NCBI GenBank assembly: GCA_964552035.1
Contig: CAZKFN010000003.1
Coordinates: 1-56,290, forward strand
Length of the DNA stretch: 56,290 bases
DNA from: an uncultured Flavobacteriales bacterium
Lineage (GTDB): Bacteria; Bacteroidota; Bacteroidia; Flavobacteriales_E; Vicingaceae
Direction: 5' to 3'
In this document: piece by piece, positions 1 to 8,806 of the stretch
How positions within the stretch are numbered: the first letter of the stretch is position 1
Layout of the letters: each line of letters begins with the position of its first letter
Notes under the pieces: generated by a model
The model's input: only the letters and a program-made list of their open reading frames with translations
What the model was told of the DNA's origin: nothing
The model's database searches: none
Made by a program: the position numbers and the translations under genes

Positions 1-1
1 C

Positions 2-1633
2 GTTTCAGGACAAGCTATTCATCGATTTGAAATGGGAATTACAAAAGGAACATTTTGGTCACCATGGGGAGATAAGTTAGCCTATTATCAAAAGGATGAA
101 ACAAAAGTGAAAAATTACCCTCTTGTTGATATTACCACTACACCAGCGAGCTTAAAGAATATCAAATATCCTATGGCAGGCCAAGACAGTGAAGAGGGAA
201 ATGTTTGGGTGTATAACTTCAATAATGGAGAAAATATAAAACTTGAAAAGCAAGGAGGTAGGGAGGATTATGTAACTAATCTGGCATGGACACCCAATGG
301 AAAACAGATTTTAATTGCTGAAGTAAATCGCGCACAAAAAGAAATGAATCTCAACTTGTTTGATGCTCAAGACGGAAAATTTATTAAAACTGTTTATAAG
401 GAAAGTAATGACAAATGGGTTGAGCCTGAACATCCTGCTTTTTTTATTAATGATTCTACTTTTATTTGGATGAGCGAGAAAGATGGATTTATGAATTTAT
501 ATCAAATGCAGCTTCATGGGAAAGAGATAAAACAAATTACTAAAAACCATTGGGAGGCTATTTCAATTTTTGATAAAAGCAGGGATGGCGATGTCGTATA
601 TTTTTATGGAACAGGGGATTCTCCTTTAGATAAAAAGCTATTTGCAGTTGAAGTTGCCAGTGGCAAACAATGGGAGGTTACTTCAGAAGGGGGGAGGCAT
701 AACCTTTCTTCTTCACCCAGTAAACTGTATTTCATTGACCAATGGACATCTTCTAAAATTCCTATGCGTGTAGATTTACTTTCTAATGAAGGGAAAACTA
801 TTAATAACTTTATGAAAAGTGAAGACCCTATGCTAGCATATCAAAAAGCAATAGTGGACCTTGGAACGATAAAAGCAGGAGATAATACTACAGATTTATA
901 TTATCGAATGATTAAACCGCATGACTTTAATCCTAATAAGAAATATCCCGTTTTACTATATGTTTACGGTGGACCTCATGCTCAAATGATTACCAATAGC
1001 TATCATAACGGTGCTCCACTTTGGATGCATTGGATGGCCAATCAAGGGTATATTGTTTTTACTTTAGATAATAGAGGTTCTGCAAATAGAGGGTTTGAAT
1101 TTGAAAGTGCAATTCATAGAAATTTAGGAAAAGTAGAAATGCAAGATCAACTTGCGGGGATTGACTTTTTGACCAAGCAACCTTTTGTAAATATGGATAA
1201 AATTGCCGTTCATGGGTGGAGTTATGGTGGTTTTATGACTGCTTCTTTAATGTTGAACTATCCTAATATTTTTCAAGTAGGTGTTGCAGGTGGAGCCGTT
1301 ACTAATTGGGAGTGGTATGAAATTATGTATTGTGAGCGTTATATGGATCATCCGAAAAGTAACCCTCATGGCTTTAAAAATACCCAGTTGATGGATAAAG
1401 TTGATAATCTCCAAGGGAATCTATTATTAATTCATGGAACAACAGATGATATAGTAGTAATGCAACATAGCTTGGCTTTGACAAAAGCTTTTATTGAAGC
1501 AGGTAAACAGGTAGATTTCTTTCCTTATCCTATGCATCCTCATAATGTTAGGGGTAAAGATAGAGTTCATCTAATGCGTAAAGTACTGCAGTATATTCAA
1601 GATAAGCTCGATGAACCAGAGTTGGGCGAGTAA
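2..1633 (+). CDS. S9 family serine peptidase, dipeptidyl-peptidase IV-like (5' end cut by window edge)
   Basis: The frame is open from base 2 through the first ATG at 32, so the N-terminus lies outside the window. GWSYGG nucleophile elbow followed by HGTTDD and MHPH (Ser-Asp-His order of the prolyl-oligopeptidase/DPP-IV fold), preceded by a propeller-like region. Confidence 0.85.
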   Translation, partial: VSGQAIHRFEMGITKGTFWSPWGDKLAYYQKDETKVKNYPLVDITTTPASLKNIKYPMAGQDSEEGNVWVYNFNNGENIKLEKQGGREDYVTNLAWTPNGKQILIAEVNRAQKEMNLNLFDAQDGKFIKTVYKESNDKWVEPEHPAFFINDSTFIWMSEKDGFMNLYQMQLHGKEIKQITKNHWEAISIFDKSRDGDVVYFYGTGDSPLDKKLFAVEVASGKQWEVTSEGGRHNLSSSPSKLYFIDQWTSSKIPMRVDLLSNEGKTINNFMKSEDPMLAYQKAIVDLGTIKAGDNTTDLYYRMIKPHDFNPNKKYPVLLYVYGGPHAQMITNSYHNGAPLWMHWMANQGYIVFTLDNRGSANRGFEFESAIHRNLGKVEMQDQLAGIDFLTKQPFVNMDKIAVHGWSYGGFMTASLMLNYPNIFQVGVAGGAVTNWEWYEIMYCERYMDHPKSNPHGFKNTQLMDKVDNLQGNLLLIHGTTDDIVVMQHSLALTKAFIEAGKQVDFFPYPMHPHNVRGKDRVHLMRKVLQYIQDKLDEPELGE

Positions 1634-1737
1634 TTGGAGTTTGTTATCACTAAGGATGAGCTAAAATATACTCCTATAAGCTGAGCATTATTCAAGGATA
1701 TAACTACTTAATATAATCTGTTGAGTAAGGATTTGAT

Positions 1738-3435
1738 TTATATTGATTTTTCCTTTTTGAAAATAAATTGTAGGAGCAAACCAAATAGGATTACCAAAGC
1801 TGGAGCAATAAGATTGTACCATAAATAGCCGATGTTGATAATGCCTTTATTGTTTAAAATATATAAGACAATAATGCATGCTTGGGAAATTATTGCAGCT
1901 ATAAAAATTGCTTTTCCTTTGATGTATTTAAAGAAAAAAGCAGCTAAAAACACACCTAGTATGGTTCCATAAAATAAGGAACCTAGAATGTTTACAGCTT
2001 GAATTAAGTTTTCAAATAAGCTGGCCATGGCAGCAAAAGCAATGGCGAAAATTCCAAAGAGTAAGGTAAATAGCTTGGAGCTTTTTAAGTAATGCGCATC
2101 GCTGCCCTCTTTTTTGATGTTTCTTTTGTAAATATCGACCGTAGCAGTTGAAGCCAAGGCATTTAGCTCAGCTGAGGTTGAAGACATCGCAGCAGAGAAA
2201 ATTACCGCTAAAAGTAGCCCGACAATTCCTACAGGCAAATAGTTAATTACAAAAGTGATAAAGATATAATCATCGTCTTTAGTTTCTGCTTTAGGATTAG
2301 CCTCTTTAATGAGTGCTTTGCTTTCTTGATTTAACAGCACTTCTGCTTGATGTAATTTTTTTATCTGTGTTTTTACCTCTTCTGTTTTGGACTGTTTATA
2401 ATCCTTAATAAGCAGTTGCTTATCATCAAATAATTGCTTTTGCTGAGCTTCTAATTCATAGTATTGTTCGGCATATTCTGTTTGTTGGATATGATCGACA
2501 TTTGCCTGATTAAAGTGTAGAGGAGGCATTATAAATTGATAGAATAAGAAAACCAATACCCCTACAAAAAGAATAAAAAACTGCATGGGAATTTTTAATA
2601 ATCCGTTAAACATCAGACCTAGCCTGCTTTCTCGAATAGAGCTCCCACTGAGGTATCGCTGTACTTGAGATTGATCGGTTCCGAAATAACTTAGCTGCAA
2701 GAAAAGTCCGCCAATAATTCCAGACCAAATGTTATAACGATCTCCAGGATCAAAATTCCAATCGATAACTTCCATTTTATCCATAACTCCAGCAAGGCTT
2801 ATTCCCTCGCTAAAGCTTATGTTGTCAGTGAGATAGGAGATTAAAAATCCAAAGGCAATAAACATCCCAATAAAAATAACTGCCATTTGTTGTTTATGGG
2901 TTTTGCTAACTGCTTTTGTACCCCCAGATACGGTGTAAATAATAACTAAGATTCCGATAAATAAGATGGTGATGTTGAGTGACCAACCAATAATTTGAGA
3001 CAAAATAATCGCCGGTGCATAAATGGTAATCCCCGCTGCTAATCCTCTTTGCAAAAGGAATAAGGAAGCTGTAAGCAAACGTGTTTGATTATTAAAACGA
3101 GATTCTAAAAATTCATAAGCCGTATAAACTTTTAATTTATAATAAAGTGGGATAAAGACGGTTGAAATAATAATCATCGCCAGAGGTAATCCGAAATAAA
3201 ATTGTACAAACCCCATCCCCTCCATATAAGCTTGACCGGGGGTAGATAAAAAAGTAATGGCAGAGGCTTGAGTTGCCATCACAGATAAGCCAATAGTCCA
3301 CCAATTGGATTCCTTGCCACCCAATAAATATCCTTGAATGTTTTTACTTCCTCGACTTTTCCACACTCCATAGATTACAATAAAAAGGAGTGTCCCAAGC
3401 ATTACTACCCAGTCTATCCAGCTAAAAGAATTCAT
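1738..3435 (-). CDS. sodium:solute symporter (SSF) family transporter
   Basis: 565-aa ORF with ATG start and many hydrophobic spans. SSF-like segments (GGKESNWW, GTDQSQVQRYLS). Contains a charged ~85-aa insertion. Confidence 0.85.
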   Translation of the reverse strand: MNSFSWIDWVVMLGTLLFIVIYGVWKSRGSKNIQGYLLGGKESNWWTIGLSVMATQASAITFLSTPGQAYMEGMGFVQFYFGLPLAMIIISTVFIPLYYKLKVYTAYEFLESRFNNQTRLLTASLFLLQRGLAAGITIYAPAIILSQIIGWSLNITILFIGILVIIYTVSGGTKAVSKTHKQQMAVIFIGMFIAFGFLISYLTDNISFSEGISLAGVMDKMEVIDWNFDPGDRYNIWSGIIGGLFLQLSYFGTDQSQVQRYLSGSSIRESRLGLMFNGLLKIPMQFFILFVGVLVFLFYQFIMPPLHFNQANVDHIQQTEYAEQYYELEAQQKQLFDDKQLLIKDYKQSKTEEVKTQIKKLHQAEVLLNQESKALIKEANPKAETKDDDYIFITFVINYLPVGIVGLLLAVIFSAAMSSTSAELNALASTATVDIYKRNIKKEGSDAHYLKSSKLFTLLFGIFAIAFAAMASLFENLIQAVNILGSLFYGTILGVFLAAFFFKYIKGKAIFIAAIISQACIIVLYILNNKGIINIGYLWYNLIAPALVILFGLLLQFIFKKEKSI

Positions 3436-3561
3436 CCTTGAAAAGTATTAGTAATCCATATAAAAATTAAAATTAACAGCAATTGAAAAGCCAATAGAAA
3501 AATATATAAACCACTCCATTTTTTAAAAAATGGGGGTTTTTCATTGATGCTTTCTATTTCT

Positions 3562-6015
3562 TTATTCTTGTCCATAAGAAATCATGTTAATTAACAACCT
3601 ATACGCTCCAGGTACACCTGCTGGTAGTTGACGGAAAAAAGAAATTCCAGTATAAATAAACTTTCCCTCTCCATAATCGGTTACTAAGATACTACCTTGT
3701 TGGGGTTCTTCACCAGGATCGCTCCATTTTAAAATAGTTTCATAACGTCCGTCCCATAGGTTTGAAAAATATAATCCCCTTTCCTGTACCCAATCGTTAA
3801 AATCTTCGTCAACTATTTTATTCGGGGTATTTAAAAGTGGATGTTCTTTTTGTAAAATGGTCGGCCAAGCTTCTTCTACCGTCACTCTTTCATCGGAAAT
3901 CTTAAAAGGATAAGGGCCAATTTTATCGGCGATTAATCCACGAGAGGTGTTGTATTGAACTATTACAGTACCACCTTTTTCTACAAAATCCATGAGAATT
4001 TTATTTCCATTAATCATGGCATCATTGATATTGTATGCCCGAATTCCCACCAATATTGTTTTATATTGCTTTAAATCAACTTGAGGCAGGTCGTAGGGGT
4101 TAATCTTATCTACTTTTAAACCCACAGCTTGAAGACTTTTAGCAACGTCATCACCACTTCCATTAACATAAGCAATTTTATTAACTGTACTTTCAAGTTC
4201 CATTTTTACAAGCTGAGCTTTTGCCAATGGAAAGAATGTTTGCGTTTTTATATGTGGATATTCAATATTATATAAGCTTCTTGCTTCTTTTTTGTTGATG
4301 AGTAATTGTACTTCCCCTTTACTACTTTCTTCAGGAGGAGTAAGGGTAAATTGAATACTTTGCTTCTCTCCTTTATTTTTAAAATTAAAATCAATTGTTT
4401 CCGGTTGACTTTTCCAGCCATGAGGTAGTGCTAGACTAACCTTTCCATTTTCTTTATCTCTGTGACTTTCTAAAATTGCTTTAAGTTGAATCTGTTCTTT
4501 GTTTTTTGCCAAATAAACTTGTTGGGAAATATTGGCTGTTACTTCTGGTGTAATAATAACATCTCTATGCAACTCTCCATCTATTCTAGTTGACCATTTA
4601 TAATCTAGAGGTTCTGAGAAAGTAATTTCAGTATTTGAAGGAGGGAAGCTTAAGGTATAATTAAACGATTGAAGCGGCTGGTTTTCTGCTCTGCCAATTA
4701 ATTCTTGATCTTCAACATGAAATAAACCAGTATACGTTTTCCACAACCAATAAGGCTGAGAAATAGTAGGAGGTGCTTTTAAGCTAAAAGGAATTTTAAT
4801 TTCCTCATTATTTTTAAAACTCTGCAACTCTGGCATCTTATTTATAGGTTGAATATTTTTCAGCTGAAAGTCAATAGTACTTCTTACAATGAGTTTGAAC
4901 ACACCATGAATACTATCATTTGGAGCATAACTATATTGCTCAGCTAAAGCTTCAGCATATATTCCTGAACTAGCGAGGATTATTTTCTTTAAATCCTCAA
5001 GTTTTTCTTTTACATAATAATTATCAGCTAAGGGCTGCATTAAATCATAGAGTTTTATAAGTTCCATGAGGATAGCTGATGGTTGGCTAGCATCGTATTT
5101 AGCAATTACTTTATGGAGTTGTTTTTGAATCTTTCTGCTTCCTTCTATTCTGCTCCAAGAAGTATTGATTCCATCAAATATATCATCCTTAGGTTCCTCC
5201 CCTAGAGTGTGTTTAAGGTATTCCGTTAGATTTCCTCTAGTGCGCTCTGTTCCAAAACCTTGGCTTTTATGCTTGGATCTTCCATCAGCAGCAATTTCTG
5301 AATAAGACAATCCCAAAACCTCATTGTAGGAGCCTATATTGGTTTCTAAGATTTTTCCAGAAGAAATAGCTTCATCTCTAAGCTTGGTATTCCACCAAAA
5401 CACATCCCACAACAAGCGTTTTGCTTGCCAAGTATCAACATATTTAAGTTGTTCGGGAAATGCATTTTCATCAGCGGCCAACCGAAAAGCTTCTTCTGCC
5501 AATTTTGAAGAGGCGATATGATGTCCGTGTCCTGCTCGTTTATCAGGAGGAAACCGGGTAATGATAACATCGGGTTTAAAATTTCTAATTACCCAAACCA
5601 CATCAGCAAGAATTTCATCTTTACCCCACTTTGAAAAAGTTTCATAATCGGTTTTTGAATACCCAAAATCTACAGCTCTGCTGAAAAATTGTTCACCTCC
5701 ATCCAATTTTCTGGCTTCGAGCAACTCTTGGGTTCTTAATATGCCCATAGCTTCCCCAATTTCAGTTCCAATTAAGTTTTGGCCTCCATCACCTCGGGTT
5801 AAAGATAAATAGGCAGCTCTCATTAGCCTTTCATTTTCTAAGTAAGAGATTAGACGAGTATTCTCATCGTCTGGATGTGCAGCGAGATAAAGAACATTGC
5901 CTATAACATCTAGCTTTTTTATTTCCTGCAATAAATCAGCAGAGTTGTTAATAGGTCGTTGGGCATATAAAAAAGATATGCTAAAGCAAAAAGCGATGAA
6001 AAGAAGTTTTTTCAT
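3562..6015 (-). CDS. PIG-L/LmbE family deacetylase, large exported form
   Basis: 817-aa ORF with a signal peptide (MKKLLFIAFCFSISFLYAQ). AHPDDE and GHGHH motifs of the LmbE/PIG-L fold lie in the first ~250 aa. The long C-terminal region has unknown function. Confidence 0.75.
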   Translation of the reverse strand: MKKLLFIAFCFSISFLYAQRPINNSADLLQEIKKLDVIGNVLYLAAHPDDENTRLISYLENERLMRAAYLSLTRGDGGQNLIGTEIGEAMGILRTQELLEARKLDGGEQFFSRAVDFGYSKTDYETFSKWGKDEILADVVWVIRNFKPDVIITRFPPDKRAGHGHHIASSKLAEEAFRLAADENAFPEQLKYVDTWQAKRLLWDVFWWNTKLRDEAISSGKILETNIGSYNEVLGLSYSEIAADGRSKHKSQGFGTERTRGNLTEYLKHTLGEEPKDDIFDGINTSWSRIEGSRKIQKQLHKVIAKYDASQPSAILMELIKLYDLMQPLADNYYVKEKLEDLKKIILASSGIYAEALAEQYSYAPNDSIHGVFKLIVRSTIDFQLKNIQPINKMPELQSFKNNEEIKIPFSLKAPPTISQPYWLWKTYTGLFHVEDQELIGRAENQPLQSFNYTLSFPPSNTEITFSEPLDYKWSTRIDGELHRDVIITPEVTANISQQVYLAKNKEQIQLKAILESHRDKENGKVSLALPHGWKSQPETIDFNFKNKGEKQSIQFTLTPPEESSKGEVQLLINKKEARSLYNIEYPHIKTQTFFPLAKAQLVKMELESTVNKIAYVNGSGDDVAKSLQAVGLKVDKINPYDLPQVDLKQYKTILVGIRAYNINDAMINGNKILMDFVEKGGTVIVQYNTSRGLIADKIGPYPFKISDERVTVEEAWPTILQKEHPLLNTPNKIVDEDFNDWVQERGLYFSNLWDGRYETILKWSDPGEEPQQGSILVTDYGEGKFIYTGISFFRQLPAGVPGAYRLLINMISYGQE

Positions 6016-6027
6016 ATAATTAAATAG

Positions 6028-6043
6028 TTGAAAATATTTTCAA
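6028..6043. promoter_or_regulatory. perfect 16-bp palindrome TTGAAAATATTTTCAA between the candidate -7 box and the ATG of the PIG-L gene
   Basis: Read directly from the sequence. It shares the TTG of TATTTTTG (6041-6048, minus strand) and ends 13 nt before the start codon at 6015. Confidence 0.3.
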
Positions 6044-6048
6044 AAATA
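6041..6048 (-). promoter_or_regulatory. candidate Bacteroidota -7 promoter box (TATTTTTG) for the PIG-L deacetylase gene
   Basis: Minus-strand match to TAnnTTTG, 25 nt upstream of the ATG at 6015. Confidence 0.3.
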
Positions 6049-6130
6049 AGATTATTAGATTTTATCAATGGTAGAAAAGCTATAATTAACGCTTATTAAG
6101 TTAGAGTTGATATTTATACTTAAAAAACAT

Positions 6131-6703
6131 TCACTCTGCTTTCTTCCAATCGCTTTTAATAATACAATAAAAAAGGCTATCTATAAATTCTCCATCAAAG
6201 AAATAGTTCTCTCTAAAATGTGCTTCTTTTCTAAAATTATTGTTTATTAAAAGCTGAATAGAAGCTTTATTGTATTGGTCGACGTTTGCTTTGATACTAT
6301 GTAAGCCTAGTTTTTCAAAACCAAAATTGACAATTGCTTTAATCGCTTCACTCATTATACCTTTTCCCTGATATTGAGGGTGCAATCCAAAACCTATCTC
6401 AGCATTAAAATGTTGATAATCTATAGTCCAATAGCCAACATAACCGATTAGGTTTCGACTAGACTTTAAGGAAATTTTCCAGCTTAAACCATTTTTTAAT
6501 TGGTAGTTATAAAGCAGTTTTTCAATGTGTTCTTCAGCATCGCTTATGCTTTTCAGAGGGTAAATTCCTAGATACTTTATAAACTCTACATTTGAGCGTA
6601 ATTGATAGAAATTCTCTGCATCTAAAAAACTTAGGCTTGTTAAGTCTAATCTTTCAGTTTGTATTACTGGGAATTTTTTAGGGAAATCAATACTTGGCAA
6701 CAT
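6131..6703 (-). CDS. GNAT family N-acetyltransferase (RimJ/RimL-like)
   Basis: 190-aa ORF with an acetyl-CoA loop-like QGKGIMSEA and RimJ-like length and layout. Its ATG overlaps the stop of the upstream gene (TAATG). Confidence 0.75.
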   Translation of the reverse strand: MLPSIDFPKKFPVIQTERLDLTSLSFLDAENFYQLRSNVEFIKYLGIYPLKSISDAEEHIEKLLYNYQLKNGLSWKISLKSSRNLIGYVGYWTIDYQHFNAEIGFGLHPQYQGKGIMSEAIKAIVNFGFEKLGLHSIKANVDQYNKASIQLLINNNFRKEAHFRENYFFDGEFIDSLFYCIIKSDWKKAE

Positions 6704-8688
6704 TATATAGGAAAATCTGATCGGTTATATCGGGGTTCTAATTCAACAGCCTTATCAAAGGTAATCTTAGCTTTTTCTTTTTGATTTGTTTCGTAATAGC
6801 TTAAGCCTAATTCAATAAATACCTTTGCTTCTGTAGCTTTAATTTGAATAGCTTTTTCTAATACCTCGATAGCTTCATAATACTTTTCTTGTAATCCATA
6901 AGTTGTACCTAGAGCACTTAATAAATCATAGGAGTTAGGGTTGTATTCTAGCCCCTTTTTTAAATTGTTTTCTGCTTCTTGAACATCTCCCACATCATGA
7001 CCCAGTAATTTACCAATTCTCAGGTAAATTTCATCCTCATAAACATTGTATTTTAAAAGGTTTTGGTAAGTATTCAGTCTAAAATTAATTCCTGTGCTAT
7101 AATCCATTGCAAAAAAAATGTTTTGCCATGCTGCTTCATTAAGAGGTTCTATGTCTAAAATTTTTTTATAAATCCCAACAGCTTGTTCGGGTGATTCATT
7201 AGTTTGCAATATAACATTGCCTTGTAAAAGAATCGCATCAATATAATTGGGATAAATATCTAAAGCCAACTCTAAATGTGCTAGAGCACTTTTTAGCCAT
7301 TGTGAAGGAGCATTTTCGTTCTGTATAGCTGTATTCAATAAAATTCCACCAGCCAGCATGTTACTTTTAGCTCCATATACTGAAACATTAACATCGTGCA
7401 TCACAAGAGTTTGATTGTTTTTCCAATAGGCATTTCTACTAATGGTTTTGGTACTGTAGGCTACTAATATAACACAACCTAAAATAAGCGATAGGTTTTT
7501 TGCGGTCTTTTTACTTTTTGATAGTTGTGGAATTCCATAAAGTAGTAAATAAGCAAAAGCAATACTAAAACCTACAGAAGGAAGAAACGTAAAACTTTCG
7601 CTCATAAAGTTTCCTGTGGGGTAAAAAATATTTGAAATTAATAATAGGCTGATTATTAAAAATAGAATGCCAAAGCCTAAGGTGTTTTTTTTATAAAATC
7701 CTCTAATACCTATTGTAAGTAAAATGACAAAAAAGAATAAACCTATTAACGCTAATGCGTCATCCCAACCTACAAGTATAATTCTTCCATAAGAATAATC
7801 AAATGTTAAGGGATGGGGGAAAATATGAAGTTGAAGGTATTCGCCTAAAATATAAAATATGGTAGCATATTTTTCTGAGATACTTGCATTGAGAAAAGGA
7901 TTGTTGATGAGACTGTTTACGGTAATTTCAGATTCATAACTAACCACACTGCTTCGTATTCCATACCATAAAAGTGAAAGAGCAGCTAATCCTCCTAGTG
8001 TAGCAAGAGAAGATTTGAATTGTTTAGGTCGATAAAAATATAGAGCTAAAGGGAAAAATATTAAGGCAAATAAAGCTGTTTCTTTAGAGAGCAGTGCCAG
8101 GAAAAACAAAAGCAATGAAAAACTTAAATGTTTTATTTTTTTAGTATCTAAGTAGTTTAATAAAAAGTAGAAAGATGAAAATATTCCACTCATTGCCATA
8201 ATTTCATCTCTTCCTTTAATGTTAGCTACTACTTCAGTGTGAAGTGGATGGAAGAACCAAAGCAGAGTTCCCCAAAGTGCAAGATTTTGCCAAGGATTTT
8301 TGTTAAGTTGTTTGGGAAATAGCTTTTGTAAGGTTATAAATAATAAAAAACCACTAAGAGCATACCAAAGAATATTAAATAAATGTCCGACAAAAGCCGA
8401 ATCTCCAAATAATGCACGTTCAATACTAAAAACTATTAAAGAAAGAGGTTTATATCGATCAGAAGTAAGTACTTCTTTTTTTGCACCTAAAAAACCAGCA
8501 TAAGAATCCTTACTGAGATGATCCCAAATTCCTGAAAAACCTTTTTTAGTAAACTGGTTTTCTGTAATAACTACCGCATCATTTAAGGCATAATCATTAC
8601 TTAAAGTGTTGCCATACAATAGGAAAGATACTAGAAGAATAAGAATAACCAGGTGGTTCTTATCGTTTATATTAAACATTTGTTTCAT
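6703..8688 (-). CDS. TMTC/DUF1736-like polytopic membrane protein (GT-C glycosyltransferase-like) with C-terminal TPR repeats
   Basis: 661 aa. The N-terminal ~430 aa hold ~10 hydrophobic spans. First-loop acidic motif (YALNDAVVITEN) and FHPLHTEVVANIKGRDE resemble the DUF1736 signature HPxHTExVxxxxGR. The C-terminal ~200 aa are TPR-like. Confidence 0.6.
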   Translation of the reverse strand: MKQMFNINDKNHLVILILLVSFLLYGNTLSNDYALNDAVVITENQFTKKGFSGIWDHLSKDSYAGFLGAKKEVLTSDRYKPLSLIVFSIERALFGDSAFVGHLFNILWYALSGFLLFITLQKLFPKQLNKNPWQNLALWGTLLWFFHPLHTEVVANIKGRDEIMAMSGIFSSFYFLLNYLDTKKIKHLSFSLLLFFLALLSKETALFALIFFPLALYFYRPKQFKSSLATLGGLAALSLLWYGIRSSVVSYESEITVNSLINNPFLNASISEKYATIFYILGEYLQLHIFPHPLTFDYSYGRIILVGWDDALALIGLFFFVILLTIGIRGFYKKNTLGFGILFLIISLLLISNIFYPTGNFMSESFTFLPSVGFSIAFAYLLLYGIPQLSKSKKTAKNLSLILGCVILVAYSTKTISRNAYWKNNQTLVMHDVNVSVYGAKSNMLAGGILLNTAIQNENAPSQWLKSALAHLELALDIYPNYIDAILLQGNVILQTNESPEQAVGIYKKILDIEPLNEAAWQNIFFAMDYSTGINFRLNTYQNLLKYNVYEDEIYLRIGKLLGHDVGDVQEAENNLKKGLEYNPNSYDLLSALGTTYGLQEKYYEAIEVLEKAIQIKATEAKVFIELGLSYYETNQKEKAKITFDKAVELEPRYNRSDFPI

Positions 8689-8806
8689 ACCCCTAAATTA
8701 TAGAAATCTAATGGAATTTGTAAATTCGTAGAAAGAGGAAATAAGGAATTCTGTTTATTGGTTTTAGAACAGAAGTTTATTAAAAAATAAATAACTTCGC
8801 TTTTCT

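Noticed and set aside
3448-3544. Two alternative 23-codon hydrophobic mini-ORFs (3448-3519 and 3473-3544, minus strand) in the spacer upstream of the SSF symporter
   Set aside because: They are attractive because some SSF transporters have small membrane partners. But the two candidates are in different frames, overlap each other and are only 23 aa in AT-rich DNA. I cannot support either without conservation or ribosome-profiling data.
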